IMG/VR virus record: IMGVR_UViG_3300047564_002155
Location: 1 to 64,000 of that record
Direction: 5' to 3' (one strand)
DNA length: 64,000 nucleotides
Source: a virus
Position 1 is the stretch's first letter. Each line of letters begins with the position of its first letter. The translations under genes and the position numbers were made by a program. Positions 17,438 to 27,313 of the stretch are shown here, in pieces. A model generated the notes under the pieces. That model did no database searches. It was not told the DNA's origin and worked only from the letters and a program-made list of their open reading frames with translations.

Positions 17438-18030
17438 TGGATTTTAAAGAATCAATAGGAATTTTTCCAAACTCAATATCAGATGAGTTTTGCGACCACC
17501 TTGTTAGTATTTTTAACAATGAATGGAATAATCACTATATCGGAATTGTTGGGTCTGGTGAGGTAGAGTCACAATCTAAAGTATCACGAGATTTTAATTT
17601 GATTCAATATGAACAATACACCAATGAGGTGAATGTGTTGACTCAAATTTCAAACACTAAAATTAATGAATACATTTTAAGATATAAAGATGTTCCAAAC
17701 TTAAACACAAAAGCTTGTGTATTTCAAAACGGAACTCATTATCCGGTATGGCAAATTCAATATTATAAAAAAGGTGAAGGTCACTTCAAACAATATCATA
17801 CTGATGGTGATATAAAATTTGCAAGTCGTAGGTTTGCTGTAATGTTTTATTTAAATGATGTTGAAACGGGTGGTGAAACCGAATTCCCATATTGGGATTT
17901 AAAAGTAAAACCCACCAAGGGAACATTCATAGTTTGGCCGGTTCCTTGGCCGTGGATACATTCGGGTCATATTCCAATTTCAAACGATAAGTTTATTGTT
18001 ACATCTTGGTTGACGCTAAACGAAAAATAA
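17437..18030 (+). CDS. 2OG-Fe(II) oxygenase
   Basis: HTD, MFYLNDVETGGETEF, WIHSG, K..TSW. Confidence 0.9.
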   Translation: MDFKESIGIFPNSISDEFCDHLVSIFNNEWNNHYIGIVGSGEVESQSKVSRDFNLIQYEQYTNEVNVLTQISNTKINEYILRYKDVPNLNTKACVFQNGTHYPVWQIQYYKKGEGHFKQYHTDGDIKFASRRFAVMFYLNDVETGGETEFPYWDLKVKPTKGTFIVWPVPWPWIHSGHIPISNDKFIVTSWLTLNEK

Positions 18031-18080
18031 TCAAAAATAATTTGGCAATTTAAATTTTATTTCTTATCTTTACAATCGTT

Positions 18081-18506
18081 ATGGGATACAACAAATTTCA
18101 ATGGTGGATGAATGGTCAAAACAAACGCCGACCTTTGGGTAAAAATTCATCACTATTAGACAAAATTAAAAATGGAGATTTTGACTATTCACCATTGTTT
18201 GATGCTTCTAAAAAATGTCGTGAAGATGCTGACCTTGCTTACGAATTGGCTTATAAAAACTACCTTGGTAATGATGAGTCAAATCGTAAACGGGCGGCTG
18301 AAGATAGTGCTCGTATGACCCGAGTTCGGGCGTTGAAACTCAAGGAGACTGCAAATGAACAAGAAAACAAACGACTGATTGATTTGCGGATTGCTTTAAA
18401 AAATGAGTTTGGCGCTGACCTTTGGGACAAAATGATGGAAGAAACTCCTATGTCTTTAGTTGAATTATATAAATGGTATGAAAAACAAGTTCGTAAAGCT
18501 AAGTGA
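18081..18506 (+). CDS. hypothetical protein
   Basis: follows promoter TTTG(18041)-N20-TATCTTTA. Confidence 0.65.
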   Translation: MGYNKFQWWMNGQNKRRPLGKNSSLLDKIKNGDFDYSPLFDASKKCREDADLAYELAYKNYLGNDESNRKRAAEDSARMTRVRALKLKETANEQENKRLIDLRIALKNEFGADLWDKMMEETPMSLVELYKWYEKQVRKAK

Positions 18507-18902
18507 TAGTGAGGTAGAGAAACTCAACGATGATGAGTTGATGACCTACCTTGATAATCTATCAGAACATCTGATGAAAGGAGCAGCCCCTTTGCCCGGC
18601 TATTACCTAAAACGATTTGCGTATATGGATGCTAAACAACGAGGTGTAGAAATTACCGATGAACAACATCGTGAACTAAATAAACTGGCAATTAAATATC
18701 GTAAAGAAGCAAATGAAAAAATTATCCAAAAAATTCAAGAAGATGGGATTTAATAAAATGTTTGTTCCAAGTATTAACATCGTATCCGCTGAGGTTTATG
18801 ATTATGGTGTTGAGTGGGTTGTTCAAAAATACGGAAAGGCTGATGCTTTGATGGGCGACTCCGAATCAGTTGACTACATTAACCGACTAATTCAGATTAA
18901 AA

Positions 18903-19214
18903 ATGAAAATGAATTACGATAGTGATGAGGACTTTAACGAACTCTATGAGAATGTTAAAGAATATATGTATCAAGAGAATTTTTTTGAAACTGCTCATAT
19001 TGAATACGAAGGTCGGTTTTTAGACATTGTAAAACACCTTCTTATGGTAGCGAACGATGATGACCTATTATCAGAATTGTTAATTAAAGCTATTAAAATA
19101 TATCGTGAAATTGAAATAGATGAAGCGATTGAATCCCTTTCCGAAACTGGTCTTATTCGGATGGTTGTAGATGAGAATGGAAATCTTGGATACGAAATAA
19201 ATTTTAAAGACTAA
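18903..19214 (+). CDS. hypothetical protein
   Basis: ORF track. Confidence 0.55.
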   Translation: MKMNYDSDEDFNELYENVKEYMYQENFFETAHIEYEGRFLDIVKHLLMVANDDDLLSELLIKAIKIYREIEIDEAIESLSETGLIRMVVDENGNLGYEINFKD

Positions 19215-19246
19215 TTATTAAACAACTAACCCTAATTTTTTTATTT

Positions 19247-19447
19247 ATGAGTTACTATGTAGTAAAGGTTAAAGTTAACCAAGAAGATGCAAAAGGTCGT
19301 ATCAAAAAATTGACCGAACAATATATGGTTCACGCAGTATCCGTTACTGATGCTGAAGCCAAGGTTGTTGCAGACTTTGAAGGTTCTAATTTGGAGTTTG
19401 AAGTGTCAGCAGTAATTGAAACAAAAATCATCAAGGTAATTGAATGA
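19247..19447 (+). CDS. DUF4494-like protein
   Basis: KKLTEQYMVHAVSVTDAEAKV...FEV pattern typical of Bacteroidota DUF4494. Confidence 0.7.
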   Translation: MSYYVVKVKVNQEDAKGRIKKLTEQYMVHAVSVTDAEAKVVADFEGSNLEFEVSAVIETKIIKVIE

Positions 19448-19657
19448 ATCTAATGATTGGTGAAAAAGTAATTGCGGAGGTAAATGGTGTCCACAAAGTG
19501 GGCACCATTGTCTCCAAGACAAAGTTGAAACGAGGTAATACCTACGCATTAAAATTGGAAGATGGAAAGCTCATTGATGTGTGTTCTATCAACAAAGAAT
19601 TGTCTCCGTATTGCCACATTAAACGAGGTCTTACGAAATCATTAAATAAAATAGAAG

Positions 19658-19957
19658 ATGATAACTCCGGACAAGAAGAAGTTTCAAAGTCTTAAGCGAA
19701 AAGTTCTAAAGGTATTCCCTAACGCCAAAACACATATGACTAAAGATGGTCAGTATTATGTATCTAATGGTGAGGGTGGAATAATTGGGTCAGAGCACCT
19801 GATACCAGCACAATCAAATGTAATGAATGCTTGGTATTGGGCTGCGGAATCCGTTAAAATTGAACGAAACATTGAACGAACTTCACCAAATCGTATGAGT
19901 TTGGACTCATTTGAGAAAAAATTTGAAAGAATCTCTAATAGAAACAAAAGATATTAA
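19658..19957 (+). CDS. hypothetical protein
   Basis: ORF track. Confidence 0.55.
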   Translation: MITPDKKKFQSLKRKVLKVFPNAKTHMTKDGQYYVSNGEGGIIGSEHLIPAQSNVMNAWYWAAESVKIERNIERTSPNRMSLDSFEKKFERISNRNKRY

Positions 19958-20001
19958 GCTCAAGCAAACTATTTATATTCGTTAACTATAAATTTTTTGT
20001 T

Positions 20002-20295
20002 ATGAAAAAATATAACCAAAACCAACGAAATGGTTCACTAAACCACTCGTATGGTGTTTCTGACTCTGAAGAAGCTAGACTAAATAAAGCATTCGGAGAA
20101 AAGTTCTCATCCATTGATTTTGAATTTGATTTAGAAGAATCGGATTACCCTATTAAGAACTCAACTCAAATTGGAGCTCTTGTAGTTGGTGATTACCGAA
20201 TCTCACTATCACTTGGTGAAATGGATAGAATTATGCGCACATTAGAAGATACATTAACCACTGTGAATATGAAGGGAAGGTTGGGTGTCTTTTAA
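20002..20295 (+). CDS. hypothetical protein
   Basis: preceded by TATTTAT (19970). Confidence 0.55.
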   Translation: MKKYNQNQRNGSLNHSYGVSDSEEARLNKAFGEKFSSIDFEFDLEESDYPIKNSTQIGALVVGDYRISLSLGEMDRIMRTLEDTLTTVNMKGRLGVF

Positions 20296-20319
20296 CTACT
20301 TATAATAAAGGGGGTCGGT

Positions 20320-20628
20320 ATGGGTGATGAATCTTGGGATGAGGCAGAATACAACTTTTTTTCAAGTCTATCAGATGAAGACAAGTTGTATTACATATAC
20401 GATGTATTTACAGAGGAATTTGTTGAATTTGAAGATACCTATGTATCATCCGTTGAAATTACAATTACCGATACCCATCTTATTATATCTTGTGAAGAGC
20501 CGGATATATCAAAAAAATTAATATCATCATTTATTATGGATGGTATGATATTACAATTTCAAGAAGAAAAACATTCATCGCTTTTTTACAAGATAGTAGG
20601 TAATACTGAAAATATGTCAGTAAACTGA
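20320..20628 (+). CDS. hypothetical protein
   Basis: preceded by TACTTAT (20297). Confidence 0.55.
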   Translation: MGDESWDEAEYNFFSSLSDEDKLYYIYDVFTEEFVEFEDTYVSSVEITITDTHLIISCEEPDISKKLISSFIMDGMILQFQEEKHSSLFYKIVGNTENMSVN

Positions 20629-20666
20629 CAAAGTGTATTATAATACACAATTGGTATGTATTTTGT
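20615..20666 (+). promoter_or_regulatory. putative sigma-54-like promoter with two upstream palindromes
   Basis: TGTCAG-TAAA-CTGACA, GTGTATTATAATACAC, TTGGTATGTATTTTGT (GG-N10-GT). Confidence 0.5.
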
Positions 20667-20728
20667 CCCTTTTATGATACATTAACATTCAAAAGGGTAA
20701 TATAATACACTTTAATTTGAAAAACAAA

Positions 20729-22585
20729 ATGAGCAAAATAATTGGTATTGATTTAGGAACTACTAACTCGTGTATTTCCGTAATTGAGGGTGGTGAATCC
20801 GTGGTGATTGTAAATGGTGAAGGCGCTAGAACAACACCATCGGTAATTTCTTTTGATAAGGGTGAAGTAAAGATTGGGGCGGCTGCTAAACGAGTTGCAG
20901 TGACCAATCCTAAAAATACCCTATATTCAGTAAAGCGTTTCATTGGTAAGCGTTATTCTGAATTAAATAAAGACCACCTTAATGTTGGATACGAAGTAAA
21001 GAAAGGTCCAAACGACTCTATTCTTATTCAAGCGAACGGAAGAGATTATGTTCCACAGGAGATTTCGGCAATGGTTCTCCAAAACATTCGTAAGTCTGCG
21101 GAAGCATATCTTGGTGAAGATGTTCGTAAAGCGGTAATCACGGTTCCTGCATATTTCAATGATTCACAACGACAAGCAACCAAAGAAGCCGGTGAAATTG
21201 CCGGGTTAGAGGTAATGCGTATCATTAACGAACCAACAGCCGCAGCACTCGCTTATGGTTTGAACAAGAAAGATACTGATATGAAAATCGCAGTATTTGA
21301 CTTGGGTGGTGGAACTTTTGATATATCAATCCTTGAATTGGGTGATGGTGTATTTGAAGTTCTATCTACAAATGGTGATACACAACTTGGTGGTGACAAC
21401 TTTGATGAGGCGATTGTAGAACATATTGTCTCTATGATTAAAACCACCAAAGGAGTTGACTTAACAAGTGACTCAATGGCTATGCAGAGAATCCGTGAAG
21501 CTGCTGAAAAAGCTAAAATTGAATTATCATCTACAACATCTACGGATATTAACCTACCATACATTTCAGTAGGTCAAGATGGTCCTATTCATTTTGAAAC
21601 ATCATTGTCTCAATCGGATTTTAATCGTTTAACATTACCACTTGTGGACCGATGTATGAAACCTTGTCAACAAGCCGTTAAGGATGCTGCTGTTTCATTG
21701 AGTGATATTGATGAAGTTATTCTTGTAGGTGGTTCAACTCGTATCCCAGCCGTTCAAGACGCCGTTGAAAAGTTCTTTGGTAAAAAACCAAGTAAGGGTG
21801 TGAATCCTGATGAGGTTGTTGCTGTTGGAGCTGCTATTCAAGGTGGTGTTCTTGGTGGTGATGTTAAAGATGTTCTTCTTTTGGATGTGACTCCATTGAG
21901 TTTGGGTATTGAAACTCTTGGTGGTGTGTTTACGGCTATCATTGATGCAAACACAACCATTCCGGTGAAAAAATCACAAACATTCTCAACCGTATCGGAC
22001 AATCAACAAGTTTTAGAGGTTCACGTTTTACAAGGTGAACGACCTATGGCGAAAGACAATAGAACTTTGGGTAGGTTCCACTTGGAAGGTATTCCAATGG
22101 CTCCTCGTGGGGTTCCACAAGTTGAAGTTACATTTGATATTGATGCTAATGGTATTTTAAATGTGTCCGCAAAAGACTTGGGAACTAAAAAAGAACAAAG
22201 AGTACGAATTGAATCTTCAACAGGATTATCCAAGGATGAAATCCAACGTATGAGGGATGAGGCTGAAATGAATCGTGAAGAGGATTTGAAACGACAAGAA
22301 TCGGTGACGCTCATTAATGCTGCTGATGGCTATTTGTTCTCCAGCGAAAAACAAATACAAGAATTGAATGATAAAATTCAATCAGATGAGAAAGAGAAAT
22401 TGGAAAGTCTTATGAGGGACTTAAAATCCGCAGTTGATAGTAGAGATATAGAATTAGTTAAAGATAGTAAGATAAAATTAGAATCTGCGTGGTCAAAAGT
22501 CACAACACGAATGTATCAGAACCCGCCAACTCAAACGGGTGATAGTACACAAGACATAGAGTTTGAAGAAGTTACGAACTCGTAA
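20729..22585 (+). CDS. dnaK: chaperone DnaK (Hsp70)
   Basis: [48 protein letters not shown]. Confidence 0.97.
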   Translation: MSKIIGIDLGTTNSCISVIEGGESVVIVNGEGARTTPSVISFDKGEVKIGAAAKRVAVTNPKNTLYSVKRFIGKRYSELNKDHLNVGYEVKKGPNDSILIQANGRDYVPQEISAMVLQNIRKSAEAYLGEDVRKAVITVPAYFNDSQRQATKEAGEIAGLEVMRIINEPTAAALAYGLNKKDTDMKIAVFDLGGGTFDISILELGDGVFEVLSTNGDTQLGGDNFDEAIVEHIVSMIKTTKGVDLTSDSMAMQRIREAAEKAKIELSSTTSTDINLPYISVGQDGPIHFETSLSQSDFNRLTLPLVDRCMKPCQQAVKDAAVSLSDIDEVILVGGSTRIPAVQDAVEKFFGKKPSKGVNPDEVVAVGAAIQGGVLGGDVKDVLLLDVTPLSLGIETLGGVFTAIIDANTTIPVKKSQTFSTVSDNQQVLEVHVLQGERPMAKDNRTLGRFHLEGIPMAPRGVPQVEVTFDIDANGILNVSAKDLGTKKEQRVRIESSTGLSKDEIQRMRDEAEMNREEDLKRQESVTLINAADGYLFSSEKQIQELNDKIQSDEKEKLESLMRDLKSAVDSRDIELVKDSKIKLESAWSKVTTRMYQNPPTQTGDSTQDIEFEEVTNS

Positions 22586-22589
22586 TGAT

Positions 22590-22645
22590 TTAACAATTTC
22601 TTAATATAGGGGGCTTGGAAAAGTCCCCTATTTTTTTTATCTTTA
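22590..22645 (+). promoter_or_regulatory. TTAACA-N5-TTAATA box + terminator/promoter hybrid
   Basis: repeat at 22590/22601; AGGGGGCTT-GGAA-AAGTCCCCT + T-run; TTG 22615; TATCTTTA 22638. Confidence 0.7.
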
Positions 22646-22662
22646 TGTATAAAGAAAAAACT

Positions 22663-23592
22663 ATGACAAATTTAGGTTATTGTTGCATCAATATGACCCT
22701 TGGTAAGGACAAGATTACTACCAATCGGTCTATGGTCAAAAAAACATTTCTCAAAGAGGGTATTAGTCGGTCATCCGACCTTGCTGTACAAAACGCAAAA
22801 GACTTGGTGGAGATTATCAAGTGGAATCACAAGAATGGTTTCAAACTATTTCGTATGACTTCTGACCTCGTTCCTTGGGCCAGTGAGTTTCATTTGAACG
22901 AAATGCCCGACTACGACAAGTTCTCTAATGTCCTCAAGGGTGCAGGTACGCTTGCCAAGACCTATGGACAGCGTATAACATCACATCCCGGCCCATTTAA
23001 TGTCTTGGTGTCTCCCAACGAGAAAGTCGTTCAGAACACGATTAAAGACCTTTCTATACACGGAGAACACTTTGACCTTATGGGATTGGAACGAACCCCA
23101 CACAACCTTATTAACATCCATTGTAATGGGGTCTATGGTGATAAACAATCTGCTATGGATAGGTTTTGTAAAAACTTTGAATTGCTGCCAGAATCAGTTC
23201 AAACACGATTGACTGTTGAGAACGATGACAAGGGAAGTATGTATTCAGTTAAGGACCTTATGTATATCCACGAGCGTGTTGGTATTCCTATTGTCTTTGA
23301 CTATCACCACCACACCTTCAATACCGGTGGTCTTACTGAACAAGAAGCCCTTGAACTTGCTATGTCCACTTGGGGTGATGTTAAACCATTAGTCCACTAC
23401 TCTGAATCCAAAACATTGGAAGACCCTACTGCTAAACCTCAAGCACACTCTGACTACATCTATTCCGAGATTAATACCTATGGTCATAACCTTGATATTG
23501 ACATTGAAGCCAAGATGAAAGAGCTGACAGTATTAGACTATATTTCCAAATTTGGTCAACACTCAACAGGGCATAATATGGGGAAAGCTTAA
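22663..23592 (+). CDS. uvsE: UV damage endonuclease
   Basis: LGYCCIN, FRMTSDLVPW, HPGPF, ENDD, FDYHHH, HYSE, HSDY, EAK.KE. Confidence 0.92.
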   Translation: MTNLGYCCINMTLGKDKITTNRSMVKKTFLKEGISRSSDLAVQNAKDLVEIIKWNHKNGFKLFRMTSDLVPWASEFHLNEMPDYDKFSNVLKGAGTLAKTYGQRITSHPGPFNVLVSPNEKVVQNTIKDLSIHGEHFDLMGLERTPHNLINIHCNGVYGDKQSAMDRFCKNFELLPESVQTRLTVENDDKGSMYSVKDLMYIHERVGIPIVFDYHHHTFNTGGLTEQEALELAMSTWGDVKPLVHYSESKTLEDPTAKPQAHSDYIYSEINTYGHNLDIDIEAKMKELTVLDYISKFGQHSTGHNMGKA

Positions 23593-23725
23593 TATAATCT
23601 GTTATTATTCAAGCACTTTAATATTTATTAACCACAGGGTGCTTAAGCACTTAAGCTTTAAGCGACTTAATAAGTGATTATAAGTATCGCTCCTGAAGTT
23701 AATGAAAATAGGTTTTTAGGAAAAT

Positions 23726-24829
23726 ATGAAAAATTTTTTTAATAGAAAGAACGGATTTGTTTTACTGATGATTATCAGCACTTTTGCTCTGGCTGGGTCT
23801 GCTGCATATTATTCGGTATTTGGATTAAGTTCTCTTTTCGCTGGGGCCAGAACCGAGGTTATTATAATGGCTGGTGCTTTAGAATTTTCTAAACTAATTC
23901 TTGCATCATACCTACATAATCATTGGAGTAAAGCTGGTTGGATGAAATGGTATTTAACCTTTGCAGTTGGTATCCTTATGGTAATTACATCAGCTGGTAT
24001 TTACGGATTCCTAACATCAGCATATCAATCTACTGCTGATAAATTAGGAACTACTGATAAGTTGGTGGAAGTGGTTGAATTGAAAAAGGGAAGGTTTCAA
24101 GAGCAATTAACTTACTACAATGATGAAAAATTAAAATTGAATGAATCCATCAACGGACTTCGTGGTGGTTTAGCTAATAATACTCAATCTCGTGTTGATA
24201 GAAATGGTAACGTAATTACATCTACATCATCATCACAGCGAAGGTCTTTAGAATCTCAATTAAAAAGCGCAGTAGAACAACGAGAGTCTATCTCAAAAAA
24301 GATTGAAGTGTTAACCGATTCTATCACCAAATTAGAATTAAATGTATTGGATTTACAAACCAATAACGAAGTAGCGGCAGAAGTGGGACCTCTCCGTTAT
24401 ATGTCTGAAATTACAGGCAAACCTATGAATGTAATCGTAAACTGGTTTACCCTTTTGATTGTATTCGTATTTGACCCTTTAGCCATTTCAATGGTAATTG
24501 CTTTAAATAAATTAACTAAAAAAGAGAATGAAAATGGAAATGAACTTTATTCTATCAACACTAGCAGTAGTGATAACAATAGCAGCGTTGGGATTCCTAA
24601 CAGCGACACCAATAATGAAGAAGTATTACAATCAGAGTATTCAAGCGGAGAATCAATTGAAACAAACGCAGACCCAATTAAGTCAGAAGATATTACGATT
24701 GAAGAACAAACTAAAAAAGAAAAAGAAGAAGTAGTATTTGTTCCAACCGATGAAGACGCTATAATTGATGCTCGTACTTTATATAATGAAACTTATCAAA
24801 AAAAGCAACAACACACATACCTAAAATAA
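23726..24829 (+). CDS. multi-pass membrane protein with coiled coil
   Basis: 3 N-terminal TM helices, long coiled coil, EVGPLRY, VFVFDPLAI TM. Confidence 0.75.
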   Translation: MKNFFNRKNGFVLLMIISTFALAGSAAYYSVFGLSSLFAGARTEVIIMAGALEFSKLILASYLHNHWSKAGWMKWYLTFAVGILMVITSAGIYGFLTSAYQSTADKLGTTDKLVEVVELKKGRFQEQLTYYNDEKLKLNESINGLRGGLANNTQSRVDRNGNVITSTSSSQRRSLESQLKSAVEQRESISKKIEVLTDSITKLELNVLDLQTNNEVAAEVGPLRYMSEITGKPMNVIVNWFTLLIVFVFDPLAISMVIALNKLTKKENENGNELYSINTSSSDNNSSVGIPNSDTNNEEVLQSEYSSGESIETNADPIKSEDITIEEQTKKEKEEVVFVPTDEDAIIDARTLYNETYQKKQQHTYLK

Positions 24830-24830
24830 A

Positions 24831-24862
24831 TTTGGATAATTCAATTATTTTTCGTATATTTG
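24831..24862 (+). promoter_or_regulatory. sigma-A-type promoter
   Basis: TTTG-N20-TATATTTG. Confidence 0.75.
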
Positions 24863-24884
24863 TATCAATATAAATTATAAATCT

Positions 24885-25517
24885 ATGGATGAACTATATA
24901 CAACTACTTTAGGCAATACCACTAAAATTGCTTATGAAGAAACAAATAACGATGGAACTGATATTGATAACCATCGTAAATTTTATCGTGAGTTTGACTA
25001 TGGTATTGATACCGAAGACAATGTAATCTTTATCCAAGATGAAATCCAAAGCGGACTTACCTTTGATATTGTATCTAAAGTCCGATTGTTGAAAAAAATC
25101 AATGGTAATATTGACACGGTAAATATTCTACTGAACTCCGGCGGTGGTGATGTAATTGAAACTCTTGCGTTGATTGATTATATGAAATCACAAAAAGACC
25201 AAATGAAGTTTAACATTATTGTTCGTGGTATGGCTATGTCCGCAGCCGCTCTTCTTTTGGCTAATGGAACCGGAACTCGTGCTGCAAGTAAACACTCCAA
25301 GATTATGGTTCACCAATTGTCTACTATCGTAGTTGGTAAGTTGAGTGATGTTAAATCAAATGCAAAGTTTAGTGAAGAGTTGGAAACTGAATGTAATCAG
25401 TTGATGGCTGAAAGCACAAAAATGGATAAGGACTATTGGCAGAACATCCAAAGTTCAGATTATTTTATGTCGGCTGAAAAGGCTTTGGAATTAGGAATTA
25501 TTGATGTAATCATTTAA
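24885..25517 (+). CDS. clpP: ClpP-like serine protease
   Basis: LNSGGGDV, AMSAA (Ser), MVHQ (His), DYFMSAEKALELGIID. Confidence 0.88.
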   Translation: MDELYTTTLGNTTKIAYEETNNDGTDIDNHRKFYREFDYGIDTEDNVIFIQDEIQSGLTFDIVSKVRLLKKINGNIDTVNILLNSGGGDVIETLALIDYMKSQKDQMKFNIIVRGMAMSAAALLLANGTGTRAASKHSKIMVHQLSTIVVGKLSDVKSNAKFSEELETECNQLMAESTKMDKDYWQNIQSSDYFMSAEKALELGIIDVII

Positions 25518-25520
25518 ACT

Positions 25521-26312
25521 ATGGTAAATTTTTTCACGGCGGAAGAACTTGTAGAAAACTATGAGAAATTTCGTAAACTAATCAATCAAACCTTTACCGG
25601 TGAACGATTGGATGCTCTCAACAAAATGTACGACCATTTTGAAGAGCGTATGATTTACACCCCAGCATCTTCAACTGAACACTTCCATAATGCTTTTCCA
25701 GGTGGGTATGTAGACCACGTTCTTCGTGTCACTCGTAATGCTTTGAAGGTATATGACTTGTATACCGAATTGGGTATGGGTATGAATGATTACACTCGTG
25801 AAAACTTAATCTTTACAGCCCTACACCACGACTTGGGTAAGTTGGGAACTCCATCGGAAGATTTATACATCAAGAACGATTCGGAATGGCATGTAAAAAA
25901 CCAAGGTAAAATTTACAAGTACAATCCAAATATTCATTGGATGTCTTTAAATGATAGAACTTTTTACAATCTAAACTACTTTGGTATTAAGTGTACGGAA
26001 GAGGAGTGGATTAGTATTAAACTTACCGATGGATTGTATGATGATAATAACAAAGAGTATTTCATCAAATTTGATAAAGACCAAGCAATCAAAACATCGC
26101 TTCCGTTTATAATGCACACTGCTGACTTGTTTGCTGCACGATTTGAGAATGAACGATGGATTAAAGAAATGCAACCACAAAAATCAACTCGTAGTGTAAC
26201 GAATGGTAGACCTGCTATTAAAGCATCAAAATTATCTGATACCTTTCAGACGAGTGGTACGTTTACAACAACAAATGTGTTTGATGCTTTTAAAGATGTA
26301 ATTGAGGATTAA
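25521..26312 (+). CDS. HD-domain phosphohydrolase
   Basis: PASS..HFH..GGYVDH, ALHHDLGK, HTAD. Confidence 0.85.
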   Translation: MVNFFTAEELVENYEKFRKLINQTFTGERLDALNKMYDHFEERMIYTPASSTEHFHNAFPGGYVDHVLRVTRNALKVYDLYTELGMGMNDYTRENLIFTALHHDLGKLGTPSEDLYIKNDSEWHVKNQGKIYKYNPNIHWMSLNDRTFYNLNYFGIKCTEEEWISIKLTDGLYDDNNKEYFIKFDKDQAIKTSLPFIMHTADLFAARFENERWIKEMQPQKSTRSVTNGRPAIKASKLSDTFQTSGTFTTTNVFDAFKDVIED

Positions 26313-26313
26313 T

Positions 26314-26619
26314 ATGATTTGGATTATTTTTATTTTATTATCAGTTTGTGTATCGCTTGGATATGCTGTTAGAAACTTACTAAAAAAGTATGAAGCTCTT
26401 GAAGCGGAGTTTGAAGATTTGACTGAAACTTATGAACAAGCTGAAGTCCAGTTGTCTGATATGGCTGGTCATATTGACAACGCTTTGACTCGTATGAAGG
26501 ATATTGATAAGATTGGTTCGTTTGAAGCTGATGATGAAACTGGCTATGTGTTTAAAGAAATGTATGAAATCGTACAACAATTAGAAGATTATTACAATGG
26601 CCAGAAAAGCGAAGAGTAA
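26314..26619 (+). CDS. membrane-anchored coiled-coil protein
   Basis: N-terminal TM; GSFEADDETG. Confidence 0.65.
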   Translation: MIWIIFILLSVCVSLGYAVRNLLKKYEALEAEFEDLTETYEQAEVQLSDMAGHIDNALTRMKDIDKIGSFEADDETGYVFKEMYEIVQQLEDYYNGQKSEE

Positions 26620-27313
26620 AAGATACTTCACCCAAATTACGGAAATGGCTATCAACGCCTATAACCGATGTGATGACCAACGATTAAAAAATAAAATCTA
26701 TAATAGGTTTATTCACTATCCCTTTGATAAACTTGCAGAGAATGTAATTCACACCTACAAGACATATTACTTTGATGTTCCGTATGAAGATGTTAAGATG
26801 AATGTGGTTGCGTTTCTAAACGAGAAGATTCATAAGTTCAACGGAGATAATGGTCGGGCGTTTTCTTACTTTACGGTAATTGCACGAAACTATCTATTCA
26901 ATGAGAACAATCAGAACTACGCGAGAATGAAGGCTCAGACCGATGTTGATTCTATTGATAATGAGCGTGATGTAGTCAACGAAACTTATATTGCACAAAA
27001 TTTGGAGTTTCAATCTGACTTTATGGATTTCTTTGGAGATTATATGGATTTTCATATGAAGCGCTTGTTTCCCAAAGAACGAGACCAAAAAATTGCCGAC
27101 TCTTTGAATGAGTTATTTAAACACCGAGATAATCTCTATTCCTACAACAAAAAGGCATTATACATACTTATTAGAGAAAGAACTGGAGTATCAACTCAAT
27201 ACATTACAAAGATTGTTGGTAGATACAAGGTAATTTACGCAGAATTATATTCTGATTATAGTAAGGGAACAATAAAAAACTTAAATCATCGTATAGAGGA
27301 ATTCAATGCATAA
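26597..27313 (+). CDS. late-transcription sigma factor (T4 gp55-like)
   Basis: KLAENVI...IHKFN..GRAFSYFTVIARNY region-2-like motif; precedes the structural module. Confidence 0.7.
   Translation: MARKAKSKRYFTQITEMAINAYNRCDDQRLKNKIYNRFIHYPFDKLAENVIHTYKTYYFDVPYEDVKMNVVAFLNEKIHKFNGDNGRAFSYFTVIARNYLFNENNQNYARMKAQTDVDSIDNERDVVNETYIAQNLEFQSDFMDFFGDYMDFHMKRLFPKERDQKIADSLNELFKHRDNLYSYNKKALYILIRERTGVSTQYITKIVGRYKVIYAELYSDYSKGTIKNLNHRIEEFNA

Noticed and set aside
11511-25517. Bacterial chromosome origin suggested by dnaK, clpP, uvsE and tRNAs
   Set aside because: These genes are embedded among phage hypotheticals and contiguous with T4-like baseplate, terminase and portal genes; no bacterial operon context
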